A stretch of DNA of 56,522 nt from a bacterium (lineage in GTDB: Bacteria > Patescibacteriota > Patescibacteriia > Patescibacteriales > VMTK01), in contig JAUYAT010000057.1 in NCBI GenBank assembly GCA_030693295.1, forward strand, positions 1-56,522, given 5' to 3'. Position numbers and translations under genes: made by a program. Of this stretch, positions 15,554 through 24,197 are shown one piece after another. The notes beneath the pieces were generated by a model, which was not told the origin of the DNA, made no database searches, and was given only the letters and a program-made list of their open reading frames with translations. How positions within the stretch are numbered: position 1 is the stretch's first letter; each line of letters opens with the position of its first letter.

Positions 15554-16021
15554 ATGAAAACAAAAATTTTTGCAGGAATCGCAGTTGTGGCAGTAATGTT
15601 GCTGGGGCTCGCTGGATGCGCACTCTATGGCAACGAGGCGCAGTATGCCCAAGGGGACTGGTATTTTATAGCTGGTTCCGAAGAAGTTACCCGGATTCAG
15701 CAAGACAAATTGGCTTTTAAAAAACTTGAGTCTCAGCCGGCTCAAGTTGCTTTTAAAGAAGGTGTTCCGCAAGGTTATAGCGGTCTTGTAATCAACCTAA
15801 GCAAATATACCCGCTATAATTTTATAATTTCCGGTCCTGAGCGTAAGGGCTATTTGTTAGGACCTAACGAATCGGTAGATGACAATCTTATACCAGGCAC
15901 ATATGCCTGCGCGGTGTACCGGGCTGGACGGCAAATAGGCCAACCTTGGGTATTCCACGTTACTGCCCAAAAACATATTTTTATGGGCAAAGAGTACCAC
16001 TGGTACATTTACATGGAATAA
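15554..16021 (+). CDS. hypothetical lipoprotein
   Basis: MKTKIFAGIAVVAVMLLGLAGC lipobox. RBS AGGGGGG 6 nt upstream of the ATG at 15554. Confidence 0.65.
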   Translation: MKTKIFAGIAVVAVMLLGLAGCALYGNEAQYAQGDWYFIAGSEEVTRIQQDKLAFKKLESQPAQVAFKEGVPQGYSGLVINLSKYTRYNFIISGPERKGYLLGPNESVDDNLIPGTYACAVYRAGRQIGQPWVFHVTAQKHIFMGKEYHWYIYME

Positions 16022-16034
16022 CTTATTACGGCCA

Positions 16035-16065
16035 CTCCTGGATTCCCGCTTCCGCGGGAATGACA
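16035..16065. repeat. palindromic repeat family A, single unit
   Basis: CTCCTGGATTCCCGCTTCCGCGGGAATGACA. The same unit occurs at 16965-17037, 27331-27404 and 39240-39382. Confidence 0.8.
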
Positions 16066-16081
16066 ATTATTCAATCAAAAA

Positions 16082-16120
16082 AGAGGTAAAATCCAAAAGA
16101 TTTACCTCTTTTATTTTTAT
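16082..16120 (+). terminator. bidirectional rho-independent terminator
   Basis: AGAGGTAAA(A)TC-CAAAA-GATTTACCTCT followed by TTTATTTTT. A-run on the other side. Confidence 0.6.
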
Positions 16121-16136
16121 TTGGTGTATTTTAAAT

Positions 16137-16562
16137 TTATGGACCGCCACCCGGACCAGCGTTGCCAGCCACTCCTCCCAAATTCTTAAACACAAAATAG
16201 GTAATGGCGTAGGCGGCGATTATGATTATTAAACCGATGATCGCCCGCTGAATCGTATCTTTGGCTTTCCTTATTTTTTCTTCGTCTCCGCCCGCGGTCA
16301 TCCACTCATAGCCGGCCGTAATCATTAAAATCAAAAAAATTATTCCCAAAAGCCCTAAAAACGCTTGAACTACCACGGCGATAACTCCGCCTATTGTGGT
16401 AGAGTCATCAAAACCGGCAAAAGCGCTAAAACCCTGCGCTTGCGATTCAATATCAGACGCGGTTTCATTACTTAACAGCCCTGCGGAAACAAAATTAAAA
16501 TTTAACAACAAAACTGCCGCTGGAATAATTAATAAATTAAATTTTTTAACATATTTATTCAT
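16137..16562 (-). CDS. TrbC/VirB2-like small membrane protein, paralog 3
   Basis: Signal peptide. Core TAGYEWMTAGGDEEKIRKAKDTIQRAIIGL between two TM helices. Gly/Pro-rich C-terminus. Confidence 0.8.
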   Translation of the reverse strand: MNKYVKKFNLLIIPAAVLLLNFNFVSAGLLSNETASDIESQAQGFSAFAGFDDSTTIGGVIAVVVQAFLGLLGIIFLILMITAGYEWMTAGGDEEKIRKAKDTIQRAIIGLIIIIAAYAITYFVFKNLGGVAGNAGPGGGP

Positions 16563-16571
16563 GCTGATTTT

Positions 16572-16958
16572 TTAACTTTCTATTAAATACTTAAAAACAA
16601 AATTCCAAATCGCGTAAGATCCGACAATAATAATCAAGCCGATAATCGCCCGCCACAGCGTGTCTTTCGCTTTCCTGATTTTTTCCTCTTCCCCGCCGGC
16701 AGTCATCCAGTTATAGCCGGCATAAAGAATCAGTATTATAAAAATAATGCCCAGTAAACTCAAAAACGCCTGAACTATTGTGCCGGCCATTACGGCAAAA
16801 GTTGTTTCGCTGTATGGCGCGTAGCCTCCTTCGCCTTCGCCGACTTTCTTCAGCTTGTCTAACGGCGCCGTGCTTTGCTGGGCAAACACAAAATAGGGCA
16901 AAATCAGTATCCCTACCAAGCAAGTTAAAATTAAAATTTGTTTAAATATTTTTTTCAT
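16572..16958 (-). CDS. TrbC/VirB2-like small membrane protein, paralog 4
   Basis: Core YAGYNWMTAGGEEEKIRKAKDTLWRAIIGL. The ORF-track N-terminus MTMD is read from a family A repeat, so ATG at 16958 is preferred. Confidence 0.8.
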   Translation of the reverse strand: MKKIFKQILILTCLVGILILPYFVFAQQSTAPLDKLKKVGEGEGGYAPYSETTFAVMAGTIVQAFLSLLGIIFIILILYAGYNWMTAGGEEEKIRKAKDTLWRAIIGLIIIVGSYAIWNFVFKYLIES

Positions 16959-16964
16959 ATCCAT

Positions 16965-17037
16965 TGTCATTCCCGCGAAAGCGGGAATCCAGATTCTATG
17001 CGCTAACTCCTGGATTCCCGCTTTCGCGGGAATGACA
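16965..17037. repeat. palindromic repeat family A, inverted pair
   Basis: TGTCATTCCCGCGAAAGCGGGAATCCAG, 14-nt spacer, CTCCTGGATTCCCGCTTTCGCGGGAATGACA. Confidence 0.85.
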
Positions 17038-17065
17038 GAATAGAATTATTCAATACTCTCAACTT

Positions 17066-17497
17066 CTATTGCGTTGATTTCAATGTTTGTTCGCCCAGCA
17101 TTTGAATCACGAAATAACTGATTGTATAAGCGGCTAAAACGATAATCAAGCCAATAACGGCAGCGGTAAGCAAATTTTTCGCTTTTTCCACTTGCTGTTC
17201 ATTGCCCCGCGCCGTCATCCACAAATAGCCGCCGTAAATAGTTAAAAGCAAAAACACAATGCCTAAAAAGGAAAGAGCGGCTTGGATTATTTTGGCAATC
17301 ATAGGCTCTATTTCGCTTTCAGTAAGCTTATAGCCGGCTTTATCCGCAACTTGCATAAGCGGTTGTTTTTCGTCCGAGGCATCAAACGCGTCTTTTAAAT
17401 TAGCGGCTGATATGCTCTGGCTGAAAATAAAAACAAACGCGCATAATAAAATTAAACTTGCTGTTAATATTAATTTTTTTGATAAAATTAAATTCAT
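17066..17497 (-). CDS. TrbC/VirB2-like small membrane protein, paralog 5
   Basis: Core YGGYLWMTARGNEQQVEKAKNLLTAAVIGL. Signal peptide. Confidence 0.8.
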   Translation of the reverse strand: MNLILSKKLILTASLILLCAFVFIFSQSISAANLKDAFDASDEKQPLMQVADKAGYKLTESEIEPMIAKIIQAALSFLGIVFLLLTIYGGYLWMTARGNEQQVEKAKNLLTAAVIGLIIVLAAYTISYFVIQMLGEQTLKSTQ

Positions 17498-17499
17498 AA

Positions 17500-17889
17500 C
17501 TAATTCGGCAAAAAATTATAGATTGTATAAGTTATCCCGTAAGCCGCCAAAACCACAATTAAGCCGATTACAGCGTCTTTAATTACGCCTTTGGCTTTTT
17601 CCACCTGCTGTTCATTGCCGGCCGCCGTCATCCACAAATAGCCGCCGTAAATCATTAACATTAAAAAAATTACCCCTAAAAACGCCAAAACTCCGTTAAC
17701 GGCTTGCCCTATTAATTCGGCAGGGGTTTTATCTTTTAGCCCCGCCATTTCAGCATGCCCGGTGCCTTCAGCAGTGGCCTTTAGGCCTTTTTCAAACTGG
17801 GTTTCCGCAAAAATAAAATTTATATTAAATATGAACAATAAGCTAACTGCAATAAATAAACGCGCGGATATAGCCAATAATTTTGTCAT
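17500..17889 (-). CDS. TrbC/VirB2-like small membrane protein, paralog 6
   Basis: Core YGGYLWMTAAGNEQQVEKAKGVIKDAVIGL. 2-nt gap to the next paralog implies co-transcription. Confidence 0.8.
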   Translation of the reverse strand: MTKLLAISARLFIAVSLLFIFNINFIFAETQFEKGLKATAEGTGHAEMAGLKDKTPAELIGQAVNGVLAFLGVIFLMLMIYGGYLWMTAAGNEQQVEKAKGVIKDAVIGLIVVLAAYGITYTIYNFLPN

Positions 17890-17970
17890 AATTAGTTACT
17901 GCGTAAAAAATCTATTTATCAAAATTTTTTCTTCAACAGGCTTTAAGCTTGAATTACAAAATATCTATTT

Positions 17971-18354
17971 CTACCCGCCGCTGGTCTGGCCGAATATTCC
18001 GCCGACATATTTTGTTATGGCGTAAGCTGATAAAACTATCACCAAGCCGATTACCGCTGAAATAATCAAATCCTTTGCCTTGGTAACCTGCTGTTCATTG
18101 CCCCGCGCCGTCATCCATAAAAGCCCGCCGTAAATAATCAAAAGAAAAAAGATGACGCCGATAAAAGCCAGGCCGGCGCCGACAACTTTACCGATTGTTA
18201 ACGATATGTCTTTATCTTTCGTAGACAATTCGGCCGCTCCGGCAGTTGCCTCCAAGCCGTATTTATCATCCGCTAAAACAATACTTTGAGTTAACGCGAA
18301 AAAAGCCAAAAGCAATAAAATAATGATTAAAAAAATTTTTTTCTTAATAAACAT
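17971..18354 (-). CDS. TrbC/VirB2-like small membrane protein, paralog 7
   Basis: Core YGGLLWMTARGNEQQVTKAKDLIISAVIGL. The ORF-track N-terminus MEHEKF.. is read from the heptad repeat, so ATG at 18354 (MFIKKK) is preferred. Confidence 0.75.
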   Translation of the reverse strand: MFIKKKIFLIIILLLLAFFALTQSIVLADDKYGLEATAGAAELSTKDKDISLTIGKVVGAGLAFIGVIFFLLIIYGGLLWMTARGNEQQVTKAKDLIISAVIGLVIVLSAYAITKYVGGIFGQTSGG

Positions 18355-18381
18355 AAAATACAATATTTTATCAGCTATTCT

Positions 18382-18475
18382 TTGCATTACCCCTAACACA
18401 AATTTTTCATGTTCCATGTTTTATGTTAGCGGCAATGCAGAGATATTTTATATCTCCGCATTATTTTATTTTAAC
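18382..18475. repeat. intergenic module: GCATTACCCCTAACACAAATTTTT, CCATGTT heptads, GTTAGCGGC, hairpin
   Basis: Shares its order and most bases with 18951-19075. The heptads are the same family as at 5148-5184. Confidence 0.65.
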
Positions 18476-18490
18476 AAACTGTTTTATCAA

Positions 18491-18880
18491 CTAAACATTG
18501 GCAGTCGCTTCAAGCAGGATGTCGATAACGTATGTTGCCAGACCCCAGGCGGCTAAAATAATTATCAAGCCGATTACGCCGGCGGCCAGTAATTTCTTGG
18601 CTTCAGCCACTTTATCTTCACTTCCGGCCGCTGTCATCCATTTGAAGCCGGCAAACAAAATAAGCACTACGGCGATGATGCCCAGAAAGCCCAATGCCAC
18701 ATTAATCACGCTGCCGGCGATTACTCTCGGATCTTCAGTGCCTAAGCCGATCTCGGCTTCAACAGCTTCTTTTGTTCCTCCCCATGGATCCACTTGGGCT
18801 AAAACCGGGGTGGCGACCGTGAGCGCAATCGCCATTACCATGGCAAAGGCGATTAAATTTTTAAATAATTTCTTGTTCAT
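18491..18880 (-). CDS. TrbC/VirB2-like small membrane protein, paralog 8
   Basis: Core FAGFKWMTAAGSEDKVAEAKKLLAAGVIGL. Signal peptide ending VLAQ. About 85% identical (hand count) to paralog 9. Confidence 0.8.
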   Translation of the reverse strand: MNKKLFKNLIAFAMVMAIALTVATPVLAQVDPWGGTKEAVEAEIGLGTEDPRVIAGSVINVALGFLGIIAVVLILFAGFKWMTAAGSEDKVAEAKKLLAAGVIGLIIILAAWGLATYVIDILLEATANV

Positions 18881-18950
18881 TTGTCACCCCCTTTCTTAAA
18901 TCAGTCGTGAAACTGAATTTTAAGAATTAATTATATATTATTTATTTTAT

Positions 18951-19075
18951 TCTCCGCATCACCCCTAACACAAATTTTTTTATTCCATGTTCTATGTTCC
19001 TTGTTTTATGTTTTATGTTAGCGGCAATGCAGAGATGTAAAACATCTCTCTGCATTGTTTTTATTTTAATAAACC
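18951..19075. repeat. second copy of the heptad/hairpin intergenic module
   Basis: TCTCCGCATCACCCCTAACACAAATTTTT, TTCCATGTTCTATGTTCCTTGTTTTATGTTTTATGTTAGCGGC, hairpin GCAATGCAGAGATGT-AAAA-CATCTCTCTGCATTG, T-run. Confidence 0.65.
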
Positions 19076-19091
19076 GTTCTGTTAACTATGG

Positions 19092-19481
19092 TTAGACCGC
19101 GCCAGTTGCTTCAAGCAGGATGTCTATAACGTAAGTGGCCAATCCCCATGAAGCTAAAACAATTACCAAGCCGATTACGCCTGCGGCCATCAGCTTTTTG
19201 GCTTCAGCCACCTTGTCTTCACTGCCGGCCGCAGTCATCCATTTGAAGCCTCCCAGTAAGACAATAACCACTGCGATAATACCCAAAAAGCCCAGCATTA
19301 CATTAATTACGGCGCCGGCGATTACTCTCGGGTCTTCGCTGCCTAAGCCGATTTTAGTGTCAACAACATCTTTTGTTCCTCCCCATGGATCCACTTGGGC
19401 TAAAACCGGGGTGGCGACCGTGAGCGCAATCGCCATTACCATGGCAAAGGCGATTAAATTTTTAAATACTTTCTTGTTCAT
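19092..19481 (-). CDS. TrbC/VirB2-like small membrane protein, paralog 9
   Basis: Core LGGFKWMTAAGSEDKVAEAKKLMAAGVIGL. Recent tandem duplicate of paralog 8. Confidence 0.8.
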   Translation of the reverse strand: MNKKVFKNLIAFAMVMAIALTVATPVLAQVDPWGGTKDVVDTKIGLGSEDPRVIAGAVINVMLGFLGIIAVVIVLLGGFKWMTAAGSEDKVAEAKKLMAAGVIGLVIVLASWGLATYVIDILLEATGAV

Positions 19482-19769
19482 TTGTCACCCCCTTTCTTGC
19501 GGCGATTAAGGCGGGAACAGGACAATGTCCTGTTCCTACGGATTATCGCCGTCTTAACCCGTTATACAAACGTATAAATTTTAATACCTAGTACTAGGCA
19601 AAAACTTGAAAAATCTTTTTATTAGAAATTTCCAGTTTTATTTATATAACGAGTATATTAAATTATATATTTTATTTTTTTAACGTTATTAACAACTTAC
19701 GCTATGTTTATATTTTACCATTTTTTAATATTTAATACAACAAGCGCCGCAACTATTTGCCGCGCGCGA

Positions 19770-19798
19770 TTGAATTTGGCTGATAAACTTGCTATAAT
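19770..19798 (+). promoter_or_regulatory. sigma70-like promoter upstream of the PBP gene
   Basis: TTGAAT (19770-19775), 17-nt spacer, TATAAT (19793-19798). Confidence 0.5.
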
Positions 19799-19837
19799 TA
19801 TAATGATATTTCTATAAGCTAACCGATTACTTAACTT

Positions 19838-22768
19838 ATGCCTATACCGCAAATATCCCATAAAACCAAGTCGCCGCAAGGCTGGCGGAATAAAAAGAAA
19901 AAATATTATTTAAGCCGGCCCGAATATAAAACTAATCAATTCGGCAAAAGCGGCGGCAATTCAAAAAGCGTTAAAGCCGGCTCGGCTAAAATAAAAAGCC
20001 GGCTGTTTCAATTGGCAAGCCGTTTTATAATCGGCTTAATTGTCTTTAGCGGCCTGGCCGGGCTTGTTGCTTTTGTTTGGCTGTCGCGCGGCCTGCCTGA
20101 TCCAAACCATCTGATTGACCGGCAAATAGCTCAAAGCACCAAGATTTTAGACCGCACCGGCGAAAATATTCTTTATGAAATTTATGGAGCGGAAAAACGC
20201 ACTTTGGTTAACCTGGATGAAATACCGCAATACTTGAAAGACGCCACTATCGCGATTGAAGACAAAGATTTTTATAAGCACGGCGGCTTCAGCCTTTGGG
20301 CGATGTTCAGAACGGCTGTTACTAATGTCTTGCGCAGGCAAAAAGCCGGCGGCTCAACGTTAACCCAGCAGCTTATTAAAAATGCCGTCTTAAGCTCTGA
20401 AAAAACCTATACCAGAAAAATAAAAGAGCTGCTTTTGTCCTACAAAGTAGAAAAAAAATTCAGCAAAGACGAAATTTTGCAGATGTATCTTAATGAAATA
20501 CCCTACGGCTCAACCGCTTACGGCGTTGAAGCCGCCAGCCGGCGCTATTTTGGCAAAAGCGCGCGCGACACCAGTTTAGCTGAAGCGGCTGTTTTAGCCG
20601 CCTTGCCGCAGGCTCCGACCCGCTATTCGCCCTACGGACCCAACAAAGACTTGTTGGTGGAAAGACAAAAATATATTCTGGACTTGATGGTTGAACAAGG
20701 CCGCATCAGCCAAGAAGAGGCGGAAGCGGCCAAAAAGCAAGAAATTAAATTTAAAGAGCAAACCGACAATATCACCGCTCCCCATTTCGTGATGTATGTC
20801 AAAGAACTCTTGGCTGAAAAATACGGCGAAGCCATGATTGAGCAGGAGGGGCTGAAAATTTATACAACGCTGGATTTGTACAAGCAAAAAATCGCCGAGG
20901 AAGTTATTGCTGAAATCGCGCCTAAAAATCAGGAAAAATACAATGCCTCTAACGCCGCCTTAATTTCAATTGACCCTAAAACAGGGCAAATTTTAGCCAT
21001 GGTCGGCTCGCGCGACTATTTTAACGATGAAATTGACGGCCAGGTTAATGTCACTCTGCAGTCCCGCCAGCCGGGATCTTCATTCAAGCCGATAGTGTAC
21101 ACAGCCGCCTTTATCAAGGGCTATACTCCGAATACCGCGCTTTATGATTTGGTAACCAACTTTTCCACCGATCCGGCAAAACCCTACGAACCGCATAATT
21201 ACGACAGCCAAGAACGCGGCCCGGTTACCATCAGAAAGGCCTTGGCCGGCTCGTTAAACATTCCGGCGGTTAAAGCGATTTATCTTGCCGGCATAAACAA
21301 TGTTCTGAATTTAGCGGATGAATTGGGCTATACCACGCTGAAAGACCGCTCCCGTTTCGGCCTGTCTTTGGTTTTGGGAGGCGGCGAGGTTAAGTTGATT
21401 GAACATGCCAATGCTTATTGCGCTTTCGCCCGCGAAGGCAGGCTGCAGCCAATCGCGGCAATACTTAAAATAGAAGATAAAAACGGCAAAATCATTGAGG
21501 AATTCAAGGAAAGCGGCGGTAAAAAGGTGCTTGACGCCAATTTCGCGCGCATGACCAATAGTATTTTATCCGACAACGGGGCGCGCGCTTATGTCTTTGG
21601 CGAATCCAACTGGCTTACCTTGGGTTCGCGGCCCGTGGCGGCCAAAACCGGCACCACCAATGATTACAGAGACGCTTGGACAATCGGCTATACGCCCTCA
21701 ATTGTTACAGGAGTCTGGGTCGGCAACAATGACAATACGGAAATGAAGCGGGGAGCCGACGGCAGCGTTGTGGCGGCGCCGATTTGGCACGAGTTTATGA
21801 AGCGAGTATTGGGCGACACGCCGATAGAATATTTCAAAGAGCCGGAAATACCGAAAACCGGCAAGCCGATTCTGGATGGCGACACCAACTTTGAAACTAT
21901 CGTAAAAATTGACAAAGCTTCCGGCCTGCTGGCAACGGAATATACTCCGGAGAATTTTATTGAAGAAAAAAAATACAGAAAAGACCATTGTATTTTATAT
22001 TATATTAACAAAGACGACCCGCTCGGCAAACAACCCGATAATCCCGCGAACGATCCGCAGTTTGAACTCTGGGAAAAACCGGTGCTTGCCTGGGCGGAAA
22101 AACAGGGCCTTGCCAGCTCAACCCCGCCGACCGAATATGATAATTTACACAAACAGGAGAATAGGCCAACGGTAGAAATAATACAGCCGGCGAACAATCA
22201 AACCATTACCGACCCTATATTGCTTGCTGACATAAAAATTTCAGCGCCGCGCGGCATTAACCGCGCCGAATATTACATTGACGACAATTTGCTTGCGGCT
22301 AATTACTCTTACCCGTTTAATTTAGCCAAAGAAATAAACTTCTTAAACAACGGCTTCCATCAGCTCAAAATAAAAGTATGCGATGATATTGACAATTGTT
22401 CCATAGAAACAATGGAATTCAATTTAAACTTGAGCGAAGCGCAAAAAAATAATGAGATCAGTATATCCTTTATTGAACTTTCCGATGGTTTGGCAACAAC
22501 AAATTTTGATTTTCCATTGACCTTAAAGGTTGATATAAAAAACGCCCGTCAGGTTGCCAAAATAACTTTTTATTATTCGGCTGAGGGCGAAAAAGACGCA
22601 AAAACTATCGCTATTTTACAACCGGTTGAAAATAGCCAAGCAGCTGTCCGGTGGCAGCAATGCCCGCCTTCCGGCGCTTATAAGCTTTACGCCGAGGCGC
22701 GCGGCTGGAACGGGCAGGTTGCCAAAAGCGATGAAATTACGATTATAGTTAATAACACGAGCGAATAA
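19838..22768 (+). CDS. class A penicillin-binding protein (glycosyltransferase GT51 plus transpeptidase) with about 250-aa C-terminal beta-rich extension
   Basis: AIEDKDFYKHGG, GGSTLTQQL and RKIKE (GT51 motifs). SSFKP, SLN and KTGTT (transpeptidase motifs). N-terminal TM anchor. Confidence 0.92.
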   Translation: MPIPQISHKTKSPQGWRNKKKKYYLSRPEYKTNQFGKSGGNSKSVKAGSAKIKSRLFQLASRFIIGLIVFSGLAGLVAFVWLSRGLPDPNHLIDRQIAQSTKILDRTGENILYEIYGAEKRTLVNLDEIPQYLKDATIAIEDKDFYKHGGFSLWAMFRTAVTNVLRRQKAGGSTLTQQLIKNAVLSSEKTYTRKIKELLLSYKVEKKFSKDEILQMYLNEIPYGSTAYGVEAASRRYFGKSARDTSLAEAAVLAALPQAPTRYSPYGPNKDLLVERQKYILDLMVEQGRISQEEAEAAKKQEIKFKEQTDNITAPHFVMYVKELLAEKYGEAMIEQEGLKIYTTLDLYKQKIAEEVIAEIAPKNQEKYNASNAALISIDPKTGQILAMVGSRDYFNDEIDGQVNVTLQSRQPGSSFKPIVYTAAFIKGYTPNTALYDLVTNFSTDPAKPYEPHNYDSQERGPVTIRKALAGSLNIPAVKAIYLAGINNVLNLADELGYTTLKDRSRFGLSLVLGGGEVKLIEHANAYCAFAREGRLQPIAAILKIEDKNGKIIEEFKESGGKKVLDANFARMTNSILSDNGARAYVFGESNWLTLGSRPVAAKTGTTNDYRDAWTIGYTPSIVTGVWVGNNDNTEMKRGADGSVVAAPIWHEFMKRVLGDTPIEYFKEPEIPKTGKPILDGDTNFETIVKIDKASGLLATEYTPENFIEEKKYRKDHCILYYINKDDPLGKQPDNPANDPQFELWEKPVLAWAEKQGLASSTPPTEYDNLHKQENRPTVEIIQPANNQTITDPILLADIKISAPRGINRAEYYIDDNLLAANYSYPFNLAKEINFLNNGFHQLKIKVCDDIDNCSIETMEFNLNLSEAQKNNEISISFIELSDGLATTNFDFPLTLKVDIKNARQVAKITFYYSAEGEKDAKTIAILQPVENSQAAVRWQQCPPSGAYKLYAEARGWNGQVAKSDEITIIVNNTSE

Positions 22769-22777
22769 ATATTAACC

Positions 22778-23947
22778 CTACTGTTTTATCGGCATTATAA
22801 TATATAAATAACTCTCGTCTTTCTCCTTGCCCGCCGAAGCTTCAGCAGAGGCGGACGGCTTTAAAATGCAAGGAGTATTGTTGTCTATTATTTCTATGCT
22901 TATTTCTTCTCCGTCAATATTATTCAGGCCATCCAACAGATAACGGCAATTAATCACCATGCCATTATCCGATCCGTTTATTTTAGCGTCTAACTCAGTA
23001 ATATTTTCTCCTGTTTGGCCGGATACGGAGGAAACTACAACTTTGTTTTTACTTGCCGGAAAATCCAAATTAATGTCGTTGATGCCGGTTTTTGAAAAAA
23101 TCGCCGCCACCTTGACCGCCCTGACAAGTTCAGCCCGGTCAATTTTAATTTTTGTTTTGGCGTTAGCCGGAATAATCTGCTCGTAATCCGGATATTGGCC
23201 TTCAATCAGCCGTGAAACCAGTTCGGTTGAGCCATAGGTGAACAAAATTTGGTTTTCTGAAATATAAAATTTTATTTCATCGTCTTTTTCCATATTTTCC
23301 AAATCCTTCGCGCCCGATAAAATCCTAATCAGCTCTTGAAGCGTTTTCGCGGGAATAATAATCCTTTTTTCTTCCTCGCTGTTTGTTTTAATATTGAGTT
23401 TTTTTTCCGCCAAACGGTAACTGTCGGTAGCCGCCATTGTTAACCCGCCCGTTTTGGCGTTATTGTTTAAAACAAATAAAACCCCTGACAACTCCAGCCT
23501 GGATTCATTTAGCGAAACGGCAAAAATTACTTGGCTTAAAGCTTTTTTAAATTCATCCGCTTGGACGCTGTAAAAAATTTCTTTATCCACTTCCGGTATT
23601 AAGGGAAAATCCTCCGCCGGCTGGCCTTTTATTTTTGTTTTGTAATTTTCGCAGTCAACCACCAAGCTTCTGTCTTTTAATTCTATATTGATTTTTTTAT
23701 TCGGCAGCAAATTGACGCAGTCGGAAATTATTTTTGAATCAACAGTAAAGCTTCCCTCATTTTCTATTTTGCCGCGGATCGTGTTAACAACCCCCATTTC
23801 TAAATTAGTGGCGATTAATTTTATATTTCCTTTTTCCGCTTTTAAAAGCACGTTGTTAAGTATGGGCAGATTAATATTTTTGCCGGCGATATGGCCCACG
23901 GTAAAAAGCCCTTGTTTTAAATTTTCTTGCAAACTGATGAATTTCAT
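22778..23947 (-). CDS. dnaN: DNA polymerase III beta sliding clamp
   Basis: MKF....L...L......I....N.PIL..VL..A.......ATNLE pattern, three-domain length, position directly downstream of dnaA. Confidence 0.95.
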   Translation of the reverse strand: MKFISLQENLKQGLFTVGHIAGKNINLPILNNVLLKAEKGNIKLIATNLEMGVVNTIRGKIENEGSFTVDSKIISDCVNLLPNKKINIELKDRSLVVDCENYKTKIKGQPAEDFPLIPEVDKEIFYSVQADEFKKALSQVIFAVSLNESRLELSGVLFVLNNNAKTGGLTMAATDSYRLAEKKLNIKTNSEEEKRIIIPAKTLQELIRILSGAKDLENMEKDDEIKFYISENQILFTYGSTELVSRLIEGQYPDYEQIIPANAKTKIKIDRAELVRAVKVAAIFSKTGINDINLDFPASKNKVVVSSVSGQTGENITELDAKINGSDNGMVINCRYLLDGLNNIDGEEISIEIIDNNTPCILKPSASAEASAGKEKDESYLYIIMPIKQ

Positions 23948-24197
23948 AATTTTAAGTTATTATATATTATATAAATATTTAAATAATAACAGTAATAATA
24001 AGGGGTGTTGAAAAAGTGAAAACGCGGTTAAATTTGGCTTATTTTTAAATAAAATGTTCTTAAACAAACTGTGGATTTAGCTGTAGACAACAAGGGCGGA
24101 GCTGTTGGCGGAATTTGGATAAGTATTGAATTTTTTAATAAATAAAGGTTTATCCAAAACAACCACAGTGTTTATAAACAGGGTTTAACACCGGTTG
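23948..24197. promoter_or_regulatory. candidate oriC segment in the dnaA-dnaN spacer
   Basis: Very AT-rich run (23950-24000) plus degenerate DnaA boxes TGTGGATTT, TTTGGATAA and TTATCCAAA (each 7-8 of 9 to consensus). Confidence 0.35.

Noticed and set aside
18498-19509. Two plus-strand ORFs of 133 and 124 aa antisense to pilin paralogs 8 and 9
   Set aside because: These are mirror ORFs created by the GC-rich third-position pattern of the pilin genes. The pilin frames have a signal peptide, TM helices and the conserved WMTA motif; the antisense frames are low-complexity A/P/T/S.
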